The notes below the pieces were generated by a model. That model was not told the origin of the DNA. It searched no databases and worked only from the letters and a program-made list of their open reading frames with translations. Source: Octopus sinensis (lineage: Eukaryota). Taken from it: DNA of 64,000 bases. Of the stretch, positions 1 to 13,100 are shown piece by piece. Where the stretch lies: contig NC_043006.1 of assembly GCF_006345805.1 (NCBI RefSeq), positions 93,620,001-93,684,000 on the forward strand, in the 5' to 3' direction. Numbering within the stretch: the first letter of the stretch is position 1; each line of letters opens with the position of its first letter. The position numbers were made by a program, and so were the translations under genes.

Positions 1-32
<32 letters not shown>

Positions 33-81
33 TGCAACATTTGTTCGTGAAGGCTTTTCTAAATCACTGGGCAATACAAAC

Positions 82-225
82 CTGGCAAAAGACTGAAACA
101 TCCCAATAAAACATAAATACTCGAAGAGAACGATGGAGCGCAAATAGAAAGGGTAAGACAAAGGCTTCCCACGATGCCAGTGGTTCTTACGCCAAATTTA
201 GTGAGAAATATTCCAACCATGAAAC
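82..225 (-). CDS. Paralog B exon 3 (144 nt)
   Basis: cttag acceptor, gtttgt donor; a phase 1-1 exon of 144 nt is characteristic of SLC16 genes. Confidence 0.9.
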
Positions 226-499
226 CTAAGAGCGAAAAAAGAAGAAAATAGTCTTTTAATGATTCATTGGGATTCAATTAATTAATGAGTTATAATATTG
301 TTAATGATCTTTTAATTACCAGTAACTAATAAACAACGGATCTAGGTTGGAATTTCTGACGATATTTAATTGTTCAATAAACGTAATTGGTAGAAACTGA
401 ATCAGAGTTACAAACACTCGAAGGATTCTGTACAGCTTTTGCCTACTCAGTTCCACTCGCAAGCTTTGGGTCAACTCGACCTCATGAATGTATGTATAA

Positions 500-588
<89 letters not shown>

Positions 589-711
589 CATGCATGTATG
601 TCATTATTCAGTTTATTTCAAGATTTCTTGCCAGTAGAGAAAGAACCTGTTTCTAACCTAGATCCAAGGTTCCTTCATTGGAATTTCAACATCAACAAGA
701 GGGCATTTTTG

Positions 712-742
<31 letters not shown>

Positions 743-3427
743 GTATGTATTTATGTGTGTACGTGCAGACTTGTATGTTTTATATTTGTATTCTCATGCA
801 TATATTTGCATATCTAATCATGCTCATATATATTTAAATGATACACTTCTGGAAAGTTTTACAGATTTTTACAGTTCCAGTGATGGATTGGATCTGTATT
901 TTACAAATTAACGCTTTCTCCTTTCTCGTTTCGGAAAGCCTAATTTTTCAAGATTGGCATTTAGGCAGTATGTTACATATCCCAGGGCCCCAATAATTAC
1001 AGGTATAAACCTGAACTTGTAATTTGCGCAGAGTAACTGCAGATTTCTCAATAGTTCAGCGTAGGCATTTTCTTTTTCACTGATCTTCAGCTTTATGTTA
1101 ACATCCACTGGGCAGCTAATTTCCACAACTGTACACAGTTTCTGTTCTCTATCCCAAATCACTATATCCGGTCTGTCGTGCTTTTTCATCGAGGTCTTTA
1201 CTGGTACATTCCACCAGTATTCCTTTTCTTTATGAGTGGCTATGGCTTCTACCATGTTGTGGGTTTATATTTCTTTCTCCTCGGGATTACACTTCCGACG
1301 GATTTCGTTATTGATTGTCCTAGCTACAACATTATGTCTTATCAGTTGAGGATATCGGGATGACATTTTTGGACAACTGTTTATGATGTAGGTGATATCT
1401 TCAGTGTGAACTCCGCAAAGTCTGCATCAGTTTTTACATTTTACGGCTTTTCCTGCATCTCTATCCCTTTTGAGCATCTGGTACTTCGTTGATATTTCCT
1501 GTTCCTGGATTGCAAGCGCATACCCTTCAAAGTGGGAGGTAGTAATTTGGCTATTGGTACATGATAAACTGCTTTGATAATCGATGTTGCTATCATCACG
1601 GAGCTTTCTACTAACATATCCATGCATAGTCTTCTGCTCATATACGCTCATCCTTTCATCTGATGATACGTTGCGGTAGAGTCGTGCGACTTCTTTGGGC
1701 ATGTATTTAAGGTTATCAGACAAGCAATGTTGCTCAAGGAGCTGCCTTCCAAGTCTTGTGATGTTATCATCTTCAGGTATGCAAACTTGATCAAGGGATG
1801 CACTTCGACACTTGGTGGTCAAAAATGTGGCCAAAGGGATATGATACGACATTCAAAGGAATGTTGGATCGATGTGAAGCCTCTGCCGCCTTGATTTCGT
1901 TTTAGGTAGAGGCGGTCTACGTTACTGTTTATGTGGAAATTTTGTGTGCTTGTAAGTATTTTCCGGGTTTTCACATCAATGGCTCGGATCTCGTCAAGCG
2001 TCCAATCAAGCAGCCCAAAAGTTGGCATGAATACTGACACTGCAAACACATTGTATGCCACTGTTTTATTGAATGCAAAGAGTTCTGAGGTTCAAATTTT
2101 CTTTATTCGGCTGTAATATTCTTTAGTGACACGTGTTTTGTTACATGTGCCACTGTAAGATATATTTTCATCCACCCTTAGAATCATGTAACATTCCTCG
2201 TCAGATACAGGGGAAACAGTGAAATCATTGGTGGAGATGATACTAGTCTGGTTTATAGTTCTTCCCATTTTCACATCTATATAACAACATTTATTCAAAC
2301 CAAACTCCAACCCTACATCCTTTGAGAATGTCATAACTAGGCCAAGGCTCTTTTTCATCTCGTGCATATTCTTCACATAAAGTTTTAAGTCATCCACAAA
2401 GAAAGAGTGTGTATGCATGTATGTATGTATGTATGTATGTATGTATGTATGTATGTATGTATGTATGTATGTATGTATGTATGCATGTGTGTATGTATGT
2501 ATGTATGTATGTATGTATGTATGTATGTATGTATGTATGTATGTATGTATGTATGTATGTGTGCATGCATGTGATGTTCTTTTTTATGTTTCCGTCTGTC
2601 AAATCCACGCAAAATGCATTTGTTGGCCCGGGGCTATTTTAGAAGTCAATTTCCCAAGTGTGCCACGCAGAACCTGGAACCATGTGGTTGCGATACGAGC
2701 TTCTTACCACACAGCCACTCCTGCGCTTAGATTGCTACATTATCTTTTTTTTCACATTTTCGTATTTTAAGAAACTCAGCTTGAGCTGTCCTCCAAGTTG
2801 ACACTCTAAACTAATTATTCAAAAATGTAAGGAATTCATATAATTATACTTGCTTTGACTATTAAACAAACTGGAAGAAGACCAGGTGGTCTGTGACCGC
2901 TACTAATGGATATAGCGGGTACATACCGACAATAGGTACTTACCAGCAATACCAAACACACTTGAAGGTAAAAACACTATCAAAAGCACAAGATCGTGTA
3001 AGTCTGGAAAGACCTTCTTGAATTCTACGAGGTAAATTGGTAGAACAGCACTGAAACCAAATATTAGTATGTTGGTAACAAAAACGGAAAATACTACCAA
3101 AGCAGCGACGATGGCCTCTTGCACGGATCGTTTCTTGGTTCTACTGGAAAGACAAAGAATCAAATCTTTATTTAGTATAATATGAAAACTGTCAGAGACA
3201 CAGTATAGAGTAGCGCGATGAGAGAAGGGGTCAGAGTAACAAGCATTTACTTGCTTTAATCATGCTGAGCTGCCGCCTTGAAGAATCGATCCCACTAATT
3301 TTCCTTTTCTTTAGGTTTGCTACTTCATCTATCGGTTACTTTTGCCCAACCGCTAATTTACGAGTGTCTAAGCGTAACAACACCGGACTTCAAGCGGTGG
3401 TGGGGACAAACAGTGATCAAGCGCGAG

Positions 3428-3510
<83 letters not shown>

Positions 3511-4294
3511 TATGCTGCAGGTTTCTTTGTTTCCATATACAACATTCATTCCCAAAGCTTTGGTCGACCCGAGTCTATATTAATTTACACTTGCCCAAGG
3601 TGTCAAGCAGTGGGACTGAACCCAGAGCAATTTGGTCGGGAAACAAATGGCCTATCCCACAGTCACCCCTGCGCCTATATTGAGTTCGTAGAATCGTCAG
3701 GATGTGGAAAAAATTGCTTTCGTTATATCTTTTGGTTCTATACATTCTGTGTTCAAATCCGACTGATGAACTTTGCCTCACGATCGATATATTAGTGTAC
3801 CAACCCCCACCCTCACCCCTTAGAATTGCTGTCATCGAACTTAAACTAGAAACTATTATTTCGTTCGCCACTTTGTGCCCAGAGTTCAAACCCTACCGAG
3901 CTCAAACTTTGCCTCTGTTTTCTAACATTAGCTCAGTCCGAGTTTCAAATCTATCCTGGTTGAATTTCTTTTCTTTATTGTTAGGCAATCGGTTGGTTAT
4001 TGAGTTTATTTAAACAGTATAGATTGATGATTTTGGAGATAATTAATTGAATTACGAAAATATTTTGGCAGGAAGGAAAGAAAGGAAAAACATTAAAATT
4101 ATAAAATATCAAATTATCAAGAAACTAACTACATATATATTTGTAAATTAAGGCTAGCTTTGGTTTCATGTTAAGTAAAGTAGGAGAATATCCTAGTGTC
4201 TTAGCGATTTTCTTAATATTTCCCACTAGGATATTTTAATACTTTTCTTAACGTGAAACTAATGGTAGCCTTAATTTTAGAAAATATTGATGGA

Positions 4295-4371
<77 letters not shown>

Positions 4372-4654
4372 ATGTTAAGGACCAGGAGTGAAAGCGGTTT
4401 TTTAGGAGAGGAGTTATATTGGTCATGTAACGCCAAATAAATTTTGTACTCCGAACTTTTTGTTCCTTCCTGTTTTTCTTCCTCTTTCCGACGATGAGTT
4501 ATGCTCGAAACATCGTTTCCGCTCCTATTTATTCTACCTAAGACTTTCACTAAGCGTCAATCTGATGTCCTCACTGTGTACGTCTATTCAACTTTGCTGG
4601 GGATAGTAGTACTGGTGGTGGTTGTGGTGGTGTTAGTAATAATAGTAGCACAAT

Positions 4655-4701
<47 letters not shown>

Positions 4702-5003
4702 CAACATCAGCAACAACAGCGACAGTGAGTCAATTCGGATTTCCCTCTCTGCTAGACACAGCAGCTATATCTATTTCAATAACATTACTCCATTTCGTAA
4801 AAACCCAATAGGGCATAATTTTAGTGTTTTAGTCCCGTTTATAGCTACAACAATAACAACAACCACAACAATGAGAATAAAAGCAACAAAGACTATGACA
4901 ACAACAGCAACACCAGAACAACAACAGTAGCAGCAGCAACCCCGACAATTTCTATTATAAAAGGTAAAATACAAGCAAACCGTGTGTTTTCTGCGACATC
5001 CAT
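82..5003 (-). CDS. SLC16/MCT-family MFS transporter, paralog B, partial: join(4981-5003, 2944-3143, 82-225), continuing beyond the left edge
   Basis: GT-AG bounded exons of 23, 200 and 144 nt with compatible phases (2, then 1). Translation MDVAENTR/RTKKRSVQEAIVAALVVFSVFVTNIL.../GFMVGIFLTKFGVRTTGIVGSLCL... is nearly identical to paralogs A and C. Confidence 0.85.
600..705 (-). mobile_element. Short retroelement 3' fragment with (CATA)n flanks
   Basis: About 105 nt non-repetitive block between microsatellites; a homologous block is at about 24405-24510 in paralog A. Confidence 0.4.
770..2405 (-). mobile_element. 5'-truncated R4/Dong-clade non-LTR retrotransposon (RT C-terminus, CCHC knuckle, restriction-like endonuclease), frameshifted
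   Basis: FFVDDLKLY RT motif at the truncation point, HINSNVDRLYLKRNQGGRG, and RPDIVIWD...VEISCPVDVN...KE.AYAEL endonuclease motif; flanked by (CATA)n on both sides. Confidence 0.9.
2575..2725 (-). mobile_element. Degenerate tRNA-derived SINE head (CORE-like); paralogous copy at about 48500-48665 (+)
   Basis: gcaggagtggctgtgtggtaag... matches the younger copies at 25331 and 61500. Confidence 0.7.
2944..3143 (-). CDS. Paralog B exon 2 (TM1-TM2)
   Basis: tttccag acceptor, gtaagt donor, 200 nt, hydrophobic ORF 2903..3163. Confidence 0.9.
4981..5003 (-). CDS. Paralog B coding exon 1 (MDVAENTR, phase-2 donor)
   Basis: ATG at 5003 followed by CG|gtttgc. The same micro-exon occurs in A and C and joins in frame to exon 2. 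Confidence 0.7.
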
Positions 5004-5270
5004 TCTTCAATTCTTCAATTCTCGTAATCTTCCAGTTCTGTTGATGTTTGTCTTTACTTCAACCGCAAATATCAGCGATTTGAAATTTCTTTCAATATTT
5101 CAATAAGACTAGACGTGACGGTAATATCTGTAAGGACATTCAAGCTTGTGTGTGTGTGTGTGTCTGTGAGTGTATTTATGCATATATGCATGAATGTAAA
5201 TATGTGTTTATATACATACACAAGATTTATAAAAGTATACATACGTATATACATATATACCTATGAATGT

Positions 5271-5316
<46 letters not shown>

Positions 5317-5909
5317 TATGTATATGTATGTATATATATACATATATATATATATTATATATATGTATATACACTTACATAGCTACGCATATATATATAT
5401 ATATGCCTGTGTGTGTGGTGTGTGTGTGTGTGTGTGTGTGTCCGTGAGTGTATGGATGCATGCATGAATGTTAATGAGTTGATGCACAATCGCCTAATTA
5501 TGTTTCTATCCACGTAATTGATAACATGATATCAGAAGAAGCGAGAAACGTTATGACTGTCGGTAAACTAGGTTGAAACTAACTGTCCAATGTCCTTATT
5601 TTAAGCTGTTTAAAACTCCAAACACTTTCACCCCATTAGTATATATATAATCTACACAAACACTCCGTGTTGGTATGTGTTGTATTTAGTTTTCAGGAAA
5701 CCTTCAATATTTCTGAAAAAGTGTTTAGGTTGCTGAAACGAAAACAAACCAACGGCAGATGACAATGTAAGAGAGGGAGAGAGGAAGAGACAGTCACAAA
5801 CGTATGCATATGTTCGTATCTGTTAGTGAGATTAAGATGTCAGGCATCATTTCTTGTACGTGGCACCTTGATGTAGCTATCTATCTTATCTACCTATCTA
5901 TTCCTACAG

Positions 5910-5957
<48 letters not shown>

Positions 5958-6021
5958 TATATATATATAATATATATTATATATATATATAGAGAGAGAG
6001 AGAGGAGAGAGAGAGAGAGAT

Positions 6022-6099
<78 letters not shown>

Positions 6100-6103
<4 letters not shown>

Positions 6104-6960
6104 GTAAAACGTGGCGTCCGATCATATAATATTTATAATATATATATATGTGCATATATAAATACATATATGTACATACTTACATTTACATGCATATATG
6201 AGTACAGGACATCAAAAACACGTTAACAAAATGAAAAACGAGAACATAAACATGGAAAACGATCTTTTTTTCGAACAACGAAAGAAACAAATAGAGAAAC
6301 CAGACAGACAACATAAAGGACAATCCCTTCATCAGTTGTCCCCTATTTTATCTTCTCCGCATTTCCAACGTTTGGACAAGACGTGACTTCTCTAAAACAG
6401 TCATTCCCGCAAAGCAAATAAAATAAAATTTGGGATTTTCCGGAGGGTTAAAGTGGTAACAAAAACAAGACAATAAGAACAAAATAGTAAAAACAAACGG
6501 TAACGACTGGTTGCTCACACGCAACCAACGCTTATCGTTCTTCCTTTCTTTTGTTTTACAAGAGACAAGACACACTTTTGACTGTCTCCTGTCAAAGCTC
6601 GTTTCTCCAGTGTTCACCACTTTACATCCTTATGGATTAACAGCCCTTACCGATTGCTTTCGCTGTTTTGTTCTTACTGTCCTGCTTTTGTTACCACTTT
6701 AACCCTCTACAAATTCCCAAACTTTATTTAATTTGCTTTGCGACTGTTTTAACGAAGTCGCATCTTGACCCGACGTTCGAAACGCGTGGCCCAATTCAAT
6801 GTTGCCTGCCTCGTTTCTCTATTTGTTTCTTTCGTTGTTCGAAAAAGCAGTTCGTTTGACATGTTTTTGTTGCTTTTTATGCTCTCGGTTTTCATTTCGT
6901 TCACTTTTTTTGACGTTCTGTATCCATATATCATGTATATATACATATACATGAGGGTAT
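6100..6960. repeat. Dispersed repeat family present here as an inverted pair (arms about 6100-6500 and 6660-6960); possibly a Penelope terminal-repeat derivative
   Basis: The arms are degenerate reverse complements. The same family recurs at 8210-8455, 8730-9235 and about 30300-30660. Confidence 0.6.
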
Positions 6961-7002
6961 ATACATATATGCATGAATATATGCATATATATGTATATAT
7001 AT

Positions 7003-7047
<45 letters not shown>

Positions 7048-7055
7048 TATATATA

Positions 7056-8200
7056 CTAGCAGCTAAGCCTGGTTTCACCCGGTCGGTTTGGATGATGCGG
7101 CTGTAAAATCTGCTCTGTGTAAGCATTCGACTTGTTTGGGCACGCTTACGTTAAAAAACAATATTAAAATGACTTTTTCTGCCAAAACGCTAAAAATAAC
7201 TGACCAACAATAAAAGACAACCAAGATTCAACCAAATCAAAAAATAAACCCAAAAACTAAACGAACAAAGATGAACCATCCCACTTCCTTTGCGCGCGAA
7301 CACGCACACACAAATACACAGACGCACACACACACATTCACATACCCCTTTTACATACACATACATATATTCACACAGAGTTGAAACGCTGTTTGATTTT
7401 TTTTGCAGCGTGCAATTTTCATCATTAAGACAATTGCGTTCAATGCATCAATATTGCCGCATATTGGGATGCACTTGTAGCAAGTAGCCATTTTAGCCAT
7501 TTTGAAATACGGCGCGAATTGGCAATATGACGTAATGTCGTATTGCCGAAGAATTATTATTTTCGTTTTTTTCATTGGTTACTATAACTGCTCATATAAA
7601 GATTCTAAAAGTTATGTAAAGAATATTTGTAATGGATTTCGATTCTTTTAAGTCAAGTTGAGCAGTCATAAAAACCTTGGATTTTTGGAAAAACTTTAGT
7701 GTTTGTTGGATGTAACTGAACTCCACGACACTCACTCCTTTGAGACATTGGTGATTTTCATGCCATGTCCAAAGAAAATCACAAGTCTATTTTGAATTGT
7801 TGATTAATCTATTAGTTAACTAGTGAATATATAGTCGTACTTCTACACGACGAAATTTATCTTTCCTTTCACATGTACATAATATAAAATGTTATATTTC
7901 TGTAATAAAACTAATTAAGAAAATGTTTCTCTTCACGTTTTTTTTCAACTGAGTATAAATAAATATGCATTTCTGTAATCATTAAATTATATTTTTTTAT
8001 AGCGGTTAAATGAACACGAAGAAAATATTATACATACATGTCGTTAATAATCATAGAGTTTCATGAGTATATTTCTCTATGGCGTAAAATACTGTAGTTC
8101 GGATTTTGTGTATAATGGTTACACTTAAGTTATAAGTAATGTTTTAATCATTATATTCCCCCTTACTCAAAAAAGCCAAATAAAATAAGAAAACCTAAGA
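7056..8200 (-). mobile_element. Non-autonomous Helitron, 3' end intact, 5' end not located
   Basis: Minus strand ends ccgggtgaaaccagg + 8 nt + CTAG followed by T, inside (TA)n. The left boundary is exact; the right boundary is a guess. Confidence 0.5.
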
Positions 8201-8209
8201 GAAGGGGAA

Positions 8210-9235
8210 TTTTCCTTGTTTTGTATGTCCTGTACTCTATTTTTTCGTTGTTTAAAAAAATGTCAATTTCCTTGGTTTTGTGTTTTATGTTTTCGTTTCT
8301 CATTGTGTTCGACGTTCTTTTGGTGTCCTGTACCCATATATGCATGTATATATACATGTAGAGGTAGGTACGTACATATATGTATGTATATATGCATATG
8401 TTTTATTTATTTATTAATTTATTATATGACGGAACGCACGCATCCATTTCTAAGTAAGATTGTTCTTAATACTAATAATGATGCGCACTCTTAACCTTTC
8501 TCTCTCCCCCTCCCTTTCTCAGCCTTCATTCTTTTGGCTTTCCTTTTCTTCTACCTTACTGTCTCTCCCTCTCTCTCTCATTCTTTTCTCTACAACCATT
8601 CCCCTTTTTTCTCTCCCTTTCTCTTACTCCTCCTCCTCCTCCCTCCCGTCGTGGTCACGTGATGAGATGGCTATCTCTGTCTTTCTTCTCCTGACTTCCT
8701 CCAAGTAGAGACGGTAAATCTGTTGCTCCTTGCCGTCTCAAAAAATAGCGTTCGTAAAATATTTTAATCTCGTTTGGCTTAACAGCCCTTCTTATTTGTG
8801 TTACTGTTATTCTCCGTGTCCTGTCCTTTACTGTTTATATTTTGTACTGTCGTTACTGTCCTGTTTTTGTTACCATTTTTACCCCTCCGCAAAAAATCTC
8901 AAATTTTATTTAATTTGATTTTCGCGGGAAGGAAATTTTCATGGAAGTCATGTATCGCCTTGACCTTCGAAACGTGGAGTAGATGAATCTAAGGCGACTG
9001 AAGAAGAGGAATTTTCCTTGTTTTGTATGTCATGTACTCTATTTTTTCGTTGTTTAAAAAATTTCCATTTCCTTGGTCTTGTGTTTATGTTTTCGTTTCT
9101 CATTGTGTTCGACGTTTTTTTGTGTCCTGTACCCATTTATGCATGTATATATACATATAGAGGTAGGTACGTACATATATGTATGTATATATGCATATGT
9201 TTTATACATTTATTAATTTATTATATATATATATA
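8210..9235 (-). repeat. Direct pair of the same repeat family (8210-8440 vs 9010-9235)
   Basis: Two blocks of about 230 nt, highly similar and about 800 nt apart (compare ORFs 8216 and 9018). Confidence 0.7.
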
Positions 9236-10166
9236 AATGTGTGTGTGTGTGCGTACGTAAGTATGAATGAATGATTATATTGTAACTCCTTCCTGTCTTC
9301 TAATCGGTTTCCTCTGTTTCTGCTTCTCATTTACACACTGTTACATTTGTGTTAGTCTTTTCAATTCCTGGATACCCAGGGAAAATCCAGATGCTTTAAA
9401 TATTGAGTTCCACATTCAATTAGTTGTGCCAGACAATAATTAAAGAGACTAATTAAATAAAACTGAGTTTCCAGTTCTGCACTTAAGAAAAATAGTTATT
9501 TTAATAATTTTATTCTTTAGTTTTGTTAATTATTATTTCATTGACACAATTGTTTCAATCGTCGTCGTCGCTAATAACTCGTGACCGAATGAATATTTGC
9601 TACAATTATGATACTTCATGAATGTGTAAATAAGTGTGTGTGTATATGTGCGTATGTGTGTGTGAGTGTGCGTGTATGTGTGTACATGTGTGTTTGTGTG
9701 TATGCGTGCGTCTGTTTCATCCACATGCATGTTTTAAAATCATTTCTCCTTTACATTTAAATAGGTAGAAATATTCAAGGGAGGTTATTAAATAAGAATA
9801 AAATAAGAGTAGTTCCCCATTATTATATTTCATTTTTGGATTTGGTTTGCAAGATTCATTATATGAGTTCCTGTGTTGAAGCATATTCTATTGTGTCTGG
9901 GGAGAGTCATTTTCTTTTTGTGCCTTGTTATGTAACACACTCACCGGTAAAATTTCCACTTTTTTCTTGCTTTTTTTGTCCTAAAATTTTACCGGAGGGT
10001 GTGTTACATAACAAGGCACAAAAAGAAAATGACTCTCCCCAGACACAACAGATTCTTCTTCTTCTTCTTCTTCTCTTCTTCTTATTCTTCTTCTTCTTCT
10101 TCTCTTCTTCTTCTTCTTCTTCTTCTAATTACTATTATTATTATTATGATTATTATTATTATTATT

Positions 10167-13100
10167 CAGTAGTATATTTTTTATATCGTGCTTTCACTTC
10201 ACTACCGAGCACGGCTCTGTGTGCTTTGGGTATGTTCTGTGATTTGTTGTGATGCTCTGATGGTTATTGTATTGAAAGTGTTCTGCGTAGGATGTGCGCA
10301 GTGCCTAGTAGTGCAATTTTCTGTATGTTATATGTGTTTGTAAGTCCTGGTGTTTTTGTTATGTATTTGTCTGAATATTTTTTTATCGTGCCTAATGCAC
10401 CTATTATGATAGGAATTGCTTCTGCTTTTAGATTCTACATTCTGGTTACCTCTCTTTCCAGATCTTTGTATTTTGAAAGTTTCTCCATTTCTTTTAGAGA
10501 CACGTTGTCACCCGCTGGTATTGATACATCAAATAGAAAACATTTTTTTTCTTCATGATCTCTGACAACTATATCTGGTCTGTTGGCCTTAATATCTCTA
10601 TCTGTGTGTATTGGCATATCCCAGAGTATGGTTGCTTTCTCGTTTTCTGTGACCTTTTCTGGTGTGTGCCTATACCATCTTTTTCTGTTGTTATTCCATA
10701 ATGTTGGCATAGTTTCCAGTGTATATAGGTCCCAAGTCTGTCGTGTCTGTGGATATATTCCTTCTTAGCCAGGACTGGGCAGCCAGATATAATATGATTT
10801 ATTGTTTCTTGTCCATCTCCACATATTCTGCAGTTACTTGTTATATTTCTTTTCATTACATGTTTTTGATAATTTCTGGTGGGGAGGATTTGGTCTTGTG
10901 CTGCAATTAAAAATCCTTCTGTCTCTGCTTTGAGTTTTGAACTTCTCAACCATTGCTGGGATTTTTCATTGTCTATTTCTTTTGCATTTAGTTTAGTCCA
11001 GTATTTGCCAGGAAGGGGCTTTTCTTGCCATCGTTTTATCATGGTTCGTTGCTGTTCTATTTTTAGTTTGGATTTCATTTGTTTTATAGCTTTTGTTGTT
11101 TCTTCTTCTTCTTCTTCTTCTTCTTCTTCTTCTTCTTCTTCTTCTTCTTCTTCTTCTTCTTCTTCTTCTTCTTCTTCTTCTTTTCTTCTTCTTCTTCTTC
11201 TTCTTCTTCTTCTTCTTCTTCTTCATATTTGTTAGGTGGTATGATTTCTTGTTTGTATTTGTCAGCTTCCTTAAATACTGAGAACAGTTTTTTGTTTTGC
11301 TCGTGTTTTGCCGCTATTTGTATCAGTTTTCCTTCCTTCTGAAGTAGATATTTTTGCAGTCCTATGGTGGTTATTTTATAGTAGTTTTCCAGCTGTATAA
11401 GGCCTCTACCACCATCTATACGTTGTATATATAGCCTTTCTATGTCAGATTTTGGGTGATGCATCCTAGATCCTGTCATTATTTTTCTTGTTTTCCTATC
11501 TATTTTGGTCAGTTCATTTATTGTCCAGTTAAGGATATTGTAGCTGTAACTTATAACTGGGACGGCTAAAGTGTTGAGCTCTGTTTTTTGTATTGATCTA
11601 ACTCATCTATAATATTCTTTTTTTATTTTCTCTTTCATTTGTGTGTGTTGTGTCTTATCTAGTTCATGGATTCCTAAGAATTTGTAAGTTTGGCTTTGGT
11701 CTAAATCTTTTATTTCATTGATTTTATCTAGTGTGATGTCGCTACTCTTAACTAGTTTTCCTCTTTTCAGGGTTACTTAGGCGCATTTTTCTAATCCAAA
11801 TTTCATATCTATTTCCTTGGTAAATCCATGAACTGTCTTTAGTAGTGTTTCCAGCTGTTTGTCATTTGTTGCGTATAGTTTTATGTCATCTATATATAAA
11901 AGGTGGCTGATCGTTTTGCCGTAACATTTATATCCGCATGGAGTTCTGTTTAGCATATCCGATAGAGGTGACAGTGCCAAGCAGAAAAGGAGTGGAGAGA
12001 GCGTATCTCCCTGGAGTATTCCTCTTCTAATGGGGATGGCTTTGGTTTTCATGAGTCCCTCTTTTGTTTGCAGCTGTAGCACTGTTTGCCATTTATTCAT
12101 AGAGTTTCCTATGTATTTTATAATTGTTGGTGCAACTTTGTTCATGGCTAGTGTTTCGAGGATCCATGTGTGGGGGATGCTATCAAACGCCTTTTTGTAG
12201 TCGATCCAGGCCATACTGAGGACTTTCTTCTTTCTGTGGCTGTCTTCAGTTATGGCTTTATTGATCATTAGTTGATCTTTACAGCCATATGAGCCTTTGC
12301 GGCATCCTTTCTGCTCTTCTGGAAGCAGGTTGTTTTCGTCCAGGTGCTTGTTTAATCTTTGTGATATTACTGCAGTAAATGCTTTGTACATTGTAGGGAG
12401 ACAGGTTATAGGTCTGTAGTTTTCTGGTTTTGCTGTCTCATTTGATTTGGGAATTAAGATGGTTTTCCCCTTCGTGAGCCATTCAGGCATTGTCTCTGGC
12501 TCTGACAGTATGTTGTTAAAATTTTCAGCCAGCTTTTTGTGCATTCCTGTTAGATATTTCAACCAGAGGTTGGGGATCTTGTCATGCCCAGGTGCCTTCC
12601 AGTTGCTTAGTCTTTGCAGTGCCTGGGTGACCTCTTCAGTTGTTATGGGGGTCCAAAGTTGCTCAGATGCTGAGTTTATTGTTTTAATACTCCTTCTTTT
12701 TTTGGATGTTCGTTCGCCGACCATATTTCTCTCCAGAATTCTTCCACTTCTTCTGCCGTTGGTGCTGCAGTGATTTCTTTTATTTTTGCCAAGTTCTTGG
12801 TAGAACTTTTTGGAGTTGGAGTTGAACGGTTTGTTTTGTTCAACGAAACGTTGGCGTTTCTCGTACCTGCGGATCCTTTCTGCTTTGGCAAGAATATCTT
12901 GCTTTAGCTTTTCTTTTATCTCAGGTAAATATATTTCTGTGGTGTTGTATTTGCGGAATATTTTTGTTTTCTTTTTGTTGCTTAGTAGCGTTGATTGTCT
13001 ACTGATTTCATTAAGAATCGACAGATCTTTTCTCATTTTTGGTATTTTGTTTTGGATGTTATTTATCCACAGGGTTTGTTTGGGTGGTGGTACTCCTGTT

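Noticed and set aside
2903-3163. ORF-track starts MILCLSS, MNPNESL and MLLFLF (also 29332, 23830, 16248, 48929, 55868) as protein N-termini
   Set aside because: These starts lie in polypyrimidine tracts upstream of clear AG acceptors; they are internal exons.
8964-9010. Permuted hammerhead-like order CCTTC-GAAA...CTGAAGA-AGAGG (similar at about 6325-6370)
   Set aside because: No arrangement gives both a valid UH cleavage site and a stem I abutting the core.
9733-9830. About 100 bp similarity with about 58865-58960 as a shared 3' boundary of the gene duplication
   Set aside because: Both are on the plus strand while genes A and C are opposite, so it is more likely a small dispersed repeat.
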